Virus record (IMG/VR): IMGVR_UViG_3300037193_001436
Location: 43,210 to 107,209 of that record
Length of the DNA stretch: 64,000 bases
Source: a virus
Direction: 5' to 3' (one strand)
The notes under the pieces were generated by a model, which made no database searches, was not told the origin of the DNA, and worked only from the letters and a program-made list of their open reading frames with translations. The stretch's first letter is position 1; every line of letters starts with the position of its first letter. A program made the translations under genes and the position numbers. Positions 8,842-17,343 of the stretch are shown in pieces.

Positions 8842-9153
8842 TCATCCAAACGCCTTGAGGTCGGGGGGACGCTCGGCCCGGAGCCATAGGCTCTTGTCGA
8901 ACGTGGAGTCGGACTGCCCGATCGGCGACTTCGGCACACCGAGCTTCGCCCGCTCCCAGTCCATCGACCCAAGCGCGTTCCTGCTGGGCTGCAGGTTGTC
9001 CAGGAGCGAGGTCCGTCGGTAGGTCCGCAGGCCGCCGCCGACGGCGTTCTGGAGCGTGCGGAACTGCGGCTGCCGCACCCTGGTAGCCGCTTCCTGGAAC
9101 TCCTGTGACCGTCCGGCCAGTGGTTCTTCCGGAACAGCAATCCCGTTCGCCAT
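8842..9153 (-). CDS. hypothetical protein
   Basis: Track ORF; TAAACT -10-like upstream. Confidence 0.65.
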   Translation of the reverse strand: MANGIAVPEEPLAGRSQEFQEAATRVRQPQFRTLQNAVGGGLRTYRRTSLLDNLQPSRNALGSMDWERAKLGVPKSPIGQSDSTFDKSLWLRAERPPDLKAFG

Positions 9154-9202
9154 CGAGAAACCCTTTCCGGAAACCAGTTTAGATCGGGCGTTGCCTCCGG
9201 TA

Positions 9203-9490
9203 TCAGTCGTGGAAGACGCGGAAGGCGATGCCGGACATCTTCTTGCCGTCCGGCATGGTGACGTCGGCGAAGCCGGGGCGGCAGGTCAGGGTGATGCCGC
9301 GCGGTGCGACGTAGGCCTGGGCGATGGCGATCGCCTTCACGGCCTGGTTGACGGCTCCGGCCCCGACGGCTCGCAGGGTGACCGGCTTGTTGTCGTAGAC
9401 GGCGTGTGCGATGGCGGACGCGAGGGTGCCAGGGGGCGAGGAGGCCGCGACCTTCAGGACCTCGTCCTTGGGGGTTTCCGTGGTGGCCAT
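9203..9490 (-). CDS. spoVS: SpoVS-family protein
   Basis: VLKVAASS...LASAIA...RAVGAGAVNQAVKAIAIA...CRPGF closely matches SpoVS. Confidence 0.9.
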   Translation of the reverse strand: MATTETPKDEVLKVAASSPPGTLASAIAHAVYDNKPVTLRAVGAGAVNQAVKAIAIAQAYVAPRGITLTCRPGFADVTMPDGKKMSGIAFRVFHD

Positions 9491-9543
9491 GTAGGTGCTC
9501 CTGCTGAGATCCGGGTCGGCTCCTCAACCGTAAGCGAGCACTG

Positions 9544-10119
9544 TCACGGGGTGGGAATTGTTGCCGGGGGCATCTCGGTATGCGGGTGTACCGACTTCAG
9601 CGCCTCCTTCTCGTAGGCCAGCTCGGCGTTGCCGGTGTGGATGGCCATGGCGACGCGGGCCAGGGAGTAGGCGTCGGCGAGGTTGTCGTCGCTGGTTTCG
9701 AAGCCCCACTTCTTGTAGACCGCCAGCAGCATGTTGTTCTTCTTCGCCGCGCCGTTGCCGGTGACGAACTTCTTCAGGCTGCTGGGCTTGACGATGGTCG
9801 GGTAGCGCAGGTCGCCGTGCTCGTCGTTGAACCGGTCGAAGTAGTCGTAGACGGCGAGCTTGACGATGGCTCCGAGTTCACCGGCCTGTTCCCGGCCGAA
9901 CTTCGAGGCGTTGGAGTACCCCTCCATGCAGATGTGCGCGACGTCGTCGGTCTCGGAGAATAGCTTGAACAAGTGCTGGTAGATCGAGAGCAGTCGCTCG
10001 ATCCCGTTCCCGGTCTTGGCGTCGAAGCTCTTGAGGTTGCCGACGATGTCGGTGCCGTCGGCATCGAGTGAGACGAAGGCGAAGCCGGTGTAGGACTGGT
10101 CGATGCCGACGTATCTCAC
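9544..10119 (-). CDS. ruvC: RuvC-like Holliday junction resolvase
   Basis: YVGIDQS, MEGYS, LKKFVTGNGAAKK, DNLADAY. Confidence 0.85.
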   Translation of the reverse strand: MRYVGIDQSYTGFAFVSLDADGTDIVGNLKSFDAKTGNGIERLLSIYQHLFKLFSETDDVAHICMEGYSNASKFGREQAGELGAIVKLAVYDYFDRFNDEHGDLRYPTIVKPSSLKKFVTGNGAAKKNNMLLAVYKKWGFETSDDNLADAYSLARVAMAIHTGNAELAYEKEALKSVHPHTEMPPATIPTP

Positions 10120-10412
10120 GCCTGGTCCTGCTCGTGCGCGAGCTTGATCACGGCCTCGTTGACGTACTCGCAGGCGGCACGAGGGACCTGGTTGAGCATC
10201 CGCTGCACGTCCGGGCTCTTCTCGACCTCGTCCCAGCCGAACGACCGGACTCCGAGTTCGAGGGTGATCCAGGTGCCTCGGGGGATGATCTCCTTGCCGT
10301 ACTTCCCGGCGGAGTCGTAGTAGAAGTGCGGGTTGATCCGCAGCAGCGTCTCGCGCCGGGCGTTGATGAGCGCGGTGTGTTCCGGGGCCAGCTCGTCGTA
10401 GGGGATTGCCAT
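10116..10412 (-). CDS. hypothetical protein
   Basis: AGGAG RBS; coupled to neighbours. Confidence 0.65.
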   Translation of the reverse strand: MAIPYDELAPEHTALINARRETLLRINPHFYYDSAGKYGKEIIPRGTWITLELGVRSFGWDEVEKSPDVQRMLNQVPRAACEYVNEAVIKLAHEQDQA

Positions 10413-10420
10413 CTCTGCTC

Positions 10421-10930
10421 CTAGGGGTTCCAGCGCTCGACCCGGCGTTCGCGGGTGTCCCGGTTGACCCGGCGGGTCAGCTCGCGGGACAGGAGTGCTG
10501 CGGTGCGTTCTGAGTTGTCGTACACGGCGGTGATGAGCTTGCGGAACGCGTAGGCGCGCTGCTGCTCGTTCAGGGCGTCGAGGTACTGCTGGTCGGTGTA
10601 GGCGTGCGCCTTGGCGGCGGCGACGGTCTTCTCTGACTTGTTCTCAAGGCTCTTCAGGGCCTTGATCTTCTCGACGACGGCGTCGGCGTACCGTTCGTCG
10701 ACCTCGGCTGCGGCTACCTGGGCGCTCAGATACTCGCTCCATCGCGTCGTCCGGGTGAACAGCTTCATCAGCGCGGCGTCGGACTCCTCGGTGAGATCGT
10801 CCGGCGGTTCGGGGGCGGCGTGGCGTGGTCTGGTTGGCATCACGATCCCGTGCTGCTCCAGCTTCCGCTTCGCCTCCAGGCTCCGCAGCCCCATCTCCAG
10901 TGTCACGTTGCGGCTGACGGTCCGTGCCAT
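10421..10930 (-). CDS. helical hypothetical protein (possible recombination mediator)
   Basis: ATG at 10930 after GGAGG; coiled-coil character. Confidence 0.65.
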   Translation of the reverse strand: MARTVSRNVTLEMGLRSLEAKRKLEQHGIVMPTRPRHAAPEPPDDLTEESDAALMKLFTRTTRWSEYLSAQVAAAEVDERYADAVVEKIKALKSLENKSEKTVAAAKAHAYTDQQYLDALNEQQRAYAFRKLITAVYDNSERTAALLSRELTRRVNRDTRERRVERWNP

Positions 10931-11879
10931 CGCTGTCCTCCTTCCAGCACACACCGAGGAACGGGCACTTGGTGCAGGGTGCGGACTTGGGTGTGTAGTC
11001 CTTCGGCCGGTCCAGAACGGTGCCCTCGGCAACGGCGAACTTGATGTCGCGTGCGGTCTCGAACAGCTCGTGGGTGACCTCGGGGTCGTAGGTGATGGTG
11101 AACTCTTTGGGCTGCTGGTTGGCCTTGTTCTCGTACAGGAACACCATCCGGTAGAACGGCAGGCCCATCAGGTTGGCCAGTCGCAGGTAGATCTGAGCCT
11201 GCCGCCGGTGGCTCGGGAAGGGGCGCTTGATGCCATTCCAGAGCGAGTCCAGGTCGATCACGCTCTTGCCGTCGGTGGTCTTCTTCGTGTGCTTCCTGAC
11301 CAGCTCAGGCTCTTCGATGCGGATGGTGCCGGTACCGATGGTTTTGATTTCGACCAGCGACTCGATGTCGATGACTCCGCCGTCGGCGTGCCCGGCGATC
11401 AGGTAGCGGTCCTCGGCCTGTAGGGGGACCTCGCGGTAGGCCAGGGTCTCCGCCGAGCACTCCGGGCATTCCTGGGGTGCCGTGTCTTCCCAGACCCATC
11501 CGCAGGCCAGGCAGATCCACCGGCCGTAGAGGCGGCCCATGCGCCACAGCCAGGTCTGCCACTTGGTGTGTGCGGTGTTGCCGGTCTCGAAGATGCTCGC
11601 GGTGCCGTAGCCGATCGCCTCGTCGTTGTTGGGGATCTGTCCGAGGATCCGGTAGCAGGTGGCGCGTGGGCACCAGTCGGCTTTGGCCATCTCCGAGGGG
11701 TGGATGATGTCGGCGCGGCGTTCGGTCTTGTCCCGGGCGACTTCCTTGACGACGTGGGCTTGGATGTCGCCGAGAAGGACACTGCTCTGCTTGCGGACCT
11801 CGGCGCGTACCTTGAGGGCTGGTGCGAGCTTGCGTTGGGCAGGCTTCGCCTTAGCTCGCGGCTTTCTGGTGGTCGGCAT
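10644..11879 (-). CDS. Cas4/RecB-family PD-(D/E)xK exonuclease
   Basis: HPSE..WCPR, GHADG, EIKT, QAQIY, terminal CTKCPFLGVC. Confidence 0.85.
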   Translation of the reverse strand: MPTTRKPRAKAKPAQRKLAPALKVRAEVRKQSSVLLGDIQAHVVKEVARDKTERRADIIHPSEMAKADWCPRATCYRILGQIPNNDEAIGYGTASIFETGNTAHTKWQTWLWRMGRLYGRWICLACGWVWEDTAPQECPECSAETLAYREVPLQAEDRYLIAGHADGGVIDIESLVEIKTIGTGTIRIEEPELVRKHTKKTTDGKSVIDLDSLWNGIKRPFPSHRRQAQIYLRLANLMGLPFYRMVFLYENKANQQPKEFTITYDPEVTHELFETARDIKFAVAEGTVLDRPKDYTPKSAPCTKCPFLGVCWKEDSDGTDRQPQRDTGDGAAEPGGEAEAGAARDRDANQTTPRRPRTAGRSHRGVRRRADEAVHPDDAMERVSERPGSRSRGRRTVRRRRRREDQGPEEP

Positions 11880-12261
11880 ACTCCTCGTCGTCCTCCTCCC
11901 CCGGCTCGTCGGAGAAGAACGCCGAGGGCGGCACCTGCTCCATCAGCCCGAATGCCATGGGGTTGGGGTAGGACCACATATGCATCGGGAACGTCTTGCG
12001 GATCCAGCGGCGCTGCATCAGGTTGAAGCCGCCGAAGATCCCGTACTGTTCGTTGTTGATCAGGGCCCTGCCGAGGCAGGCCGCGCGCATAGGGCATTCC
12101 TGGCCGTCGTAGGTGCCGACGCAGATCTCGGCGGCTTCCTCCTCCTCGTCGAACCAGGGGTCCCGGCCTCGGGTGACCTGGAACTTGCGACACTTCGCCT
12201 CTGCGAACCGGTCGCCGTCGGCTGACCAGTCCGGCGCGAGGCGTCGTGACTTCAGGACCAT
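11851..12261 (-). CDS. whiB: WhiB-family transcription factor
   Basis: AKC...DPWF...IC...CPMRAAC...YGIFGG. Confidence 0.9.
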   Translation of the reverse strand: MVLKSRRLAPDWSADGDRFAEAKCRKFQVTRGRDPWFDEEEEAAEICVGTYDGQECPMRAACLGRALINNEQYGIFGGFNLMQRRWIRKTFPMHMWSYPNPMAFGLMEQVPPSAFFSDEPGEEDDEEYADHQKAAS

Positions 12262-12566
12262 CCAGCGTCCTCCCGCATCCGCTCCCAGTCATCCTTGTTC
12301 ATGACGACCCAGCTACTCCCGGCCATTTCGATGCCGAAGGCAAACTCTCTGCCGTCCAGCAGGGCGTGGTTCTCCGCAACCCGCAGGTCGGCCAGCCGCA
12401 GCGTGAACTGGCGGGACTTGGTGGTCTTCAGCTCGACAGACCAGCGCTCGGAGCGGACGTCGTTCTTCCGGGACCAGGTGTTCCCGGAGCCGGGTGTGGT
12501 CCGGCCGCCGAGGTCGTCGGCCCAGTCACGTTCCTGGCGCTGTGAGCGCTTGAGGTCGTCATTCAT
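12252..12566 (-). CDS. small PD-(D/E)xK nuclease / Holliday junction resolvase
   Basis: SQRQE...GG..TPGSG...DV...VELKTT. Confidence 0.75.
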   Translation of the reverse strand: MNDDLKRSQRQERDWADDLGGRTTPGSGNTWSRKNDVRSERWSVELKTTKSRQFTLRLADLRVAENHALLDGREFAFGIEMAGSSWVVMNKDDWERMREDAGWS

Positions 12567-12723
12567 GGCGGATCCCCAGCAGTGCTTCAGCCCGGCGGGT
12601 GCCCGCCTCGGTGAGCCGGAAGCGGAGCTGACCGTCGGGGTCGACGCCGACGATCTCGACGAGTCCCTGCTCCACCAGCTCGCTGAGGTCGTGTTCGGTG
12701 GCGGCAAGTTCGGGGTCGCTCAT
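12559..12723 (-). CDS. small winged-helix-like protein (54 aa)
   Basis: Hand-translated MSDPELAATEHDLSELVEQGLVEIVG..FRLTEAG; ATGA coupled. Confidence 0.6.
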   Translation of the reverse strand: MSDPELAATEHDLSELVEQGLVEIVGVDPDGQLRFRLTEAGTRRAEALLGIRHE

Positions 12724-12923
12724 GGCTGGCCGTCCGTGGGCTTGTACTCGTATTGATTTACCAGCTCCTGGATCTCACGGATGTGCTCGCGCTCCTGCTC
12801 CTTGAACAGCTCCTCGGCGCGGTTCAGCCGGGCGGCCAACCGGATGGCGGCGGTCAGGATCCAGGAAGTCATCACCATCCAGAACACCGACAGGCCGAGG
12901 AACAGCCAGGCCCAGCCAGTCAT
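12720..12923 (-). CDS. small membrane protein
   Basis: N-terminal hydrophobic helix plus coiled coil. Confidence 0.7.
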   Translation of the reverse strand: MTGWAWLFLGLSVFWMVMTSWILTAAIRLAARLNRAEELFKEQEREHIREIQELVNQYEYKPTDGQP

Positions 12924-14089
12924 GCGACCTCCCGGTGACGGCGGTGGATCGTTCGGACTCCGGCGTTCTCGGCACTGGTGAGGTCGGACTCGGTGACGCC
13001 CTTCTTGCGCAGGGGATCCAGAGCCACCTCACGTACCCGCTGGCCGATCTCGTTGCAGAGGGCAACGTCCTCGCGGATGCCCGCGAACATGGCGTCCTTG
13101 CCGGTCCACTTGCGGTCTCCGAAGCGGAACGTCGCGCCACCCCGGGTGATCACGTCGTACACCAAAGCCATCGCGACCAGTTCCTTGGTGACGTCATAGT
13201 CACCACGCTCGAATCCGAGCAGCGGCGCGTCGCGGAAGTAGAAGTCGATGTAGGCGACCTGCTGGGGTGCAGCGGACTTGTTCTTGATGGTGCGGACCTT
13301 GATCTTCTGACCGACCTTGATCTTGCCCTTGCCGGGCGTGGCCTGCTCGATCCACTCGTCCCTGGCGACCTCGACTCTGCAGTAGAACGCGTAGTTCTTG
13401 GCGTTGCCACCGGGCGAGGTCTTCGGGGTGCCGTGCGGAGCGTAGGCACCGATCTTGTCGCGGTACTGGTTGATGATGAACCCCAGCATCGGGCGTTCTT
13501 CGAGGACCAGGGATCGGCGGGTTGCGGACCCGGCCTTGCGGAAAAACTTGCCCGTCAATCTGGCCCCAAGGGCCATCACCGCCTCATCCATCGCCTTCTC
13601 CTCTTCCTCCTTGGGGATGAGGGCCGGGTAGGAGTCGAGGACCACGCAGTCGACGGCGCGGGCGGACGCGTACTTGAGCATCGTCTCGTAGGCGACTTCC
13701 ATCTCCTGGGTGGGAACGACTTGGACCCGGGAGTTGTCGACGCCGAGGGCGGTGGCCTGGTCGACGTCGTAGTGCTCGGCGGCCACCCAGAGCGTGGAGA
13801 AGTCCGGGTCGAGTTGTTGGTTCGCCGCGATGGTCTTGAGGACGATGGCCGTCTTCCCGTGGCTCTCCAGGCCCAGGATCTCGGCCCACTGATTGCCCGG
13901 CCAACCGCCTCCGAGGGCGACGTCGAGACTGAGACTGCCGGAGGTGTACCGGCGCGCGACCCGCATGTCGCTGGCGAGGACCACCGATCCCTCGCCGAGG
14001 CGCTTGTTGAGTTCTGCGGCCAACGAAACTGCCTCGACGCTGAGTCCCACGGTGATGTCCTTCCGAGTGGTGTTCGGATCGGCACTCAC
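12920..14089 (-). CDS. recA: RecA-like recombinase
   Basis: SGSLSLDVALGGG, GLESHGKT, VVLDS, INQYR, PGGNA. Confidence 0.95.
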   Translation of the reverse strand: MSADPNTTRKDITVGLSVEAVSLAAELNKRLGEGSVVLASDMRVARRYTSGSLSLDVALGGGWPGNQWAEILGLESHGKTAIVLKTIAANQQLDPDFSTLWVAAEHYDVDQATALGVDNSRVQVVPTQEMEVAYETMLKYASARAVDCVVLDSYPALIPKEEEEKAMDEAVMALGARLTGKFFRKAGSATRRSLVLEERPMLGFIINQYRDKIGAYAPHGTPKTSPGGNAKNYAFYCRVEVARDEWIEQATPGKGKIKVGQKIKVRTIKNKSAAPQQVAYIDFYFRDAPLLGFERGDYDVTKELVAMALVYDVITRGGATFRFGDRKWTGKDAMFAGIREDVALCNEIGQRVREVALDPLRKKGVTESDLTSAENAGVRTIHRRHREVA

Positions 14090-14121
14090 TCTAGGGACCC
14101 GGATAGGCCTTCCGTAGTTGG

Positions 14122-14373
14122 TTAACCCGAATCATCAAGTGCATTCAGGTGGTCTTTCCATAACGCGATTGCCTCGGGCAAGGAGTGGACCTGGCCGAGG
14201 GTGTCGTAGCCGGTGAACCGGGACGATGGTCTAACAACTTGGCTCATGCAGGAGCAGCGCACGTTGAGGATCTTGGCGTTGCTGTTGGTGGGGGCGGTCA
14301 GCCGCAGCCGATGCGGGAGGTCCCGCAGCTCGGCGAGGTCGGCGTCGTTCAGGAAGGACCAGTTCCTGTCCAC
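14122..14373 (-). CDS. hypothetical protein
   Basis: GTG after GAGG; VRCSC...WKDH. Confidence 0.5.
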   Translation of the reverse strand: MDRNWSFLNDADLAELRDLPHRLRLTAPTNSNAKILNVRCSCMSQVVRPSSRFTGYDTLGQVHSLPEAIALWKDHLNALDDSG

Positions 14374-14383
14374 GACCGGGGCC

Positions 14384-14749
14384 TCAGCCGACGCGCCCGA
14401 TGATGTTGGTCGGCTGATAGTTGTTGGTCGTACTGACCTGGCGCGAGGCCTGCGCGGGTGCGGACTGTCCGGCAGGCAGTCCCCCGGCACCGGACTGTTG
14501 CCCGAAGCGCGGGTTGTAGCCGCAGTCGTAGCAGCGCACCATCTTGGTGGAATCGCCGGGGCTGCCGGTGTAGTTGCCGGACCCGCACTCGGGGCACGCC
14601 TTCGTCGAGCGGCTGCTCGGAGCCTTGGGATTGATCTGGTGCGTGGGGGCCACTGTGTAGGGCGCGGTGATCGTTGGCGGGTGGTACGTCGTCGCCGGTA
14701 TGGCGGCCGGTTGCACGTTTCCCAGACGCTTCGTCCAGAAGTCACTCAT
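14384..14749 (-). CDS. zinc-ribbon protein
   Basis: CPECGS...CYDCGY. Confidence 0.75.
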   Translation of the reverse strand: MSDFWTKRLGNVQPAAIPATTYHPPTITAPYTVAPTHQINPKAPSSRSTKACPECGSGNYTGSPGDSTKMVRCYDCGYNPRFGQQSGAGGLPAGQSAPAQASRQVSTTNNYQPTNIIGRVG

Positions 14750-14755
14750 CGGTGG

Positions 14756-15145
14756 TCACCTACCTATGTACCCGTCGTTGACCTGTACCACCTCTTGGCT
14801 GACCAGGTGCGCGAGCAACCCGACGCAACTGGCCCGGACGATCTCGCTGACGACCTCCTCGGTGAGGGGTGTCGGCGAGATGCATTCGGCGTCCGATTCG
14901 ACCAGCATAGCGGCGCAGATGACGGCCTTGACTACCGGAAGAATCGGCCGCAGATAGGGCTCGATTTCGAGCAGCGGATCGAGCCGCCGGTGCGAGTCCT
15001 CGTGCTCCATGTCCTCGCCCTCGTCCCCGGGCGGGACCAGATCCATCCGCCGGAGTACGACCGGCGACAGGTAATGCGGGAGCATGTCCCAGGCCATGCG
15101 CCGGGTGAGCAGCGGGCGGGCGTCGATGCCTTCGATGTTGTTCAT
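14756..15145 (-). CDS. hypothetical protein
   Basis: ATG 15145 coupled to polA stop (ATGA). Confidence 0.65.
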   Translation of the reverse strand: MNNIEGIDARPLLTRRMAWDMLPHYLSPVVLRRMDLVPPGDEGEDMEHEDSHRRLDPLLEIEPYLRPILPVVKAVICAAMLVESDAECISPTPLTEEVVSEIVRASCVGLLAHLVSQEVVQVNDGYIGR

Positions 15146-17124
15146 TTGGCTTCGCTCCAGCGGTCGACGATCTTGAGGTCGGCCGACAGTGGGACCTTCA
15201 CCAGGTCCTGAATGCCTGGGCCGAGCATGGCCTCGCGCATCAGTCCGGCGCACTCCTCGGCCCGGTCTTCCGGGGTGCGGACGACCAGCTCGTCGTGGAC
15301 CGACAGCACCAGGTCCATCTCGTCGGGCAGCAGCTTGTCGAGGCGCACCATGGCGATCTTGATCAGGTCGGCGGCGCTGCCTTGGATCTGGGAGTTGACG
15401 GCTTGCCGTTCGGCCTTCATTCGCTCGCGGTCGCTGCGGGAGTAGATGGTGGGGAGCCTGCGACGGCGGCCGAGCAACGTGGTGACGTAGCGGTTCTTCC
15501 GGCAGGCACGGATGATGTCGGCCCGGGTCTCGTAGATTTCCGGGAAGGCACGCTCGTGCACGGCGAGGAACCGCTTGGCCTCGAAAACCGTGATGCCTGC
15601 CATGGATGCCACCTTGTCTGGTCCGGCTCCGAAGACGACAGCGAAATTGATGCCTTTGGCAACTTGTCGAAGTGCGAGTGCGCCGGGGTCCCCGGCTTCG
15701 ACCCGCTTCATGAACTTGCGGGCGTCCTCGCCGATGAGGGCTGCTGCGGTGGCCGAGTGGGGGTCGACTCCCTGGTAGAAGCCGTCGAAGAGTGCACCGT
15801 GGCCGCAGAAGTGCGCCAGCACCACCAGTTCTATCTGGCCGTAGTCGGCGACGCAAAGCTTTTCGCCAGGCAGGGCGTAGAACAGGCCACGGATCTTCTT
15901 GCCGTTCTCGCTACCGGGCCGGGGGACGTTCTGCAGGTTGGGTTCGCGGCAGGAGAATCGGCCGGTGACGGTACCGTACTGCACGAGGTCGGCGTGCACC
16001 TTGCCGTCGTAGATCCTGCAGGGCTTCTTCGGGTCGGCCGGGTCGCCGAGGTAGCCGGTGACGTAGGTGCCGTGGAGCTTGTCCAGCTCCTGGTACTTGA
16101 GGATGCCGTCGACCAGCGGGTTGCCTGCGAACTGTTCGAGGTGGTCGGCCTGGGTGGTGTAGTCGACCGGCAGGATCTCCAGTCCGGCACGCTTCTTCTT
16201 CATCCCGCCGGGTGTCAGGGTGGTGCCCTTGAGGCCCTGGCCGCCTTCGGACTTCGGCCCGAACAGCATGGTGGCCTTCTGCGGGGTGGAGTCCAGGTTG
16301 AATTTGGTCCCGGCGGCGCGGTACACGTCGGACTCGGCCAGCACGATCTGTTCGCCGAGGTCCTTGTCGAGGTGGGCCAGGACGTCGGTGTCGATGTCGA
16401 TGCCTGCCATCTTCATCCGGCACAGCACCGGGATGAGGGCTTCCTCCAGCCGCCGGACGCGCTTCAGTTCGGGGAACTTCTCGAACATCGGGTCGAACCG
16501 CTTGAACAGCAGCCAGGTGTAGCGGGCGTCCATGAAGGCGTAGTGCGCCACCTTGCTGAACGGGTGGATCTCGACCTTCTTGCCGACGTTCTCGTGGTCG
16601 TACTTGACCCCGTAGTACCGCTCAGTTAGTTGCTTGAGGCCCTTGTTGAGGATGTTCTCGTTGAGCAGCCACTGCAGGACGATGGTGTCGCAGTGCGGAC
16701 CGGCGGCGAGCTGGTGGTCGTAGTACTTGGCGATGGCAACGAAGTCGAAGACCGCGTTGTGGGCGATCTTGGTGATGTTTTCGTTGAAGAACAGGGGTTG
16801 CAGGGCTTCGAAGACCTGGCCCGGCCGGAGTTGTTCGGGTGGGTCGTCGTACTCCGGCGGGAACATGTCGAACTTGCCGGTGACCTTGTTCTTCTTCCGG
16901 GTCGCCTTCTTCAGCAGCCGGTCGCCGTTGGGGTGGCCGAAAGGGATGGCGACTGCCCGCCCGTAGCTTGCCAGCGAGATCCAGTTGAGCTGGTTGCGGG
17001 TCGGTTCGCCTCGGAAGTCTCCCATCGCCTCGGTGTCGAACACCACCGCGTCCTGTTTGCTGAACCAGGAGGCGACCTCGGCCAGGTGCTCGGCATCGAG
17101 GACGACGTTGGAGCTGAACCCCAT
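15142..17124 (-). CDS. polA: Family A DNA polymerase with 3'-5' exonuclease
   Basis: ExoI FDTE, AHNAVFD; TGRFS..PNLQN; motif A DYGQIE; motif B RQVAKGINF; motif C VHDE. Confidence 0.97.
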   Translation of the reverse strand: MGFSSNVVLDAEHLAEVASWFSKQDAVVFDTEAMGDFRGEPTRNQLNWISLASYGRAVAIPFGHPNGDRLLKKATRKKNKVTGKFDMFPPEYDDPPEQLRPGQVFEALQPLFFNENITKIAHNAVFDFVAIAKYYDHQLAAGPHCDTIVLQWLLNENILNKGLKQLTERYYGVKYDHENVGKKVEIHPFSKVAHYAFMDARYTWLLFKRFDPMFEKFPELKRVRRLEEALIPVLCRMKMAGIDIDTDVLAHLDKDLGEQIVLAESDVYRAAGTKFNLDSTPQKATMLFGPKSEGGQGLKGTTLTPGGMKKKRAGLEILPVDYTTQADHLEQFAGNPLVDGILKYQELDKLHGTYVTGYLGDPADPKKPCRIYDGKVHADLVQYGTVTGRFSCREPNLQNVPRPGSENGKKIRGLFYALPGEKLCVADYGQIELVVLAHFCGHGALFDGFYQGVDPHSATAAALIGEDARKFMKRVEAGDPGALALRQVAKGINFAVVFGAGPDKVASMAGITVFEAKRFLAVHERAFPEIYETRADIIRACRKNRYVTTLLGRRRRLPTIYSRSDRERMKAERQAVNSQIQGSAADLIKIAMVRLDKLLPDEMDLVLSVHDELVVRTPEDRAEECAGLMREAMLGPGIQDLVKVPLSADLKIVDRWSEAK

Positions 17125-17342
17125 CAGTCGGGGACGCGCTCGATGGTGATGCGGTACGCCGACTTCAGAAACGAGAATCCCAGGTCGATCTGATTGGTCG
17201 CGAAGCCGTTCGCGTCGACCAGGGCCTCGATGCTGGTGACCTGGTTGGTCTGGGTCATCAGCAGGATCGCCAGCAGTGCTCCGGCGGCTACAAGGTTGTT
17301 GTCATGGTCGTCATGGTCGGGGGCTACGGGCCGAGTCGCCAT
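17124..17342 (-). CDS. hypothetical protein
   Basis: TGATG coupling. Confidence 0.6.
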   Translation of the reverse strand: MATRPVAPDHDDHDNNLVAAGALLAILLMTQTNQVTSIEALVDANGFATNQIDLGFSFLKSAYRITIERVPD

Positions 17343-17343
17343 G

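Noticed and set aside
10644-11879. Cas4-like gene as evidence of CRISPR-Cas
   Set aside because: Solo Cas4/RecB nucleases are common in phage recombination modules; no array or other cas genes
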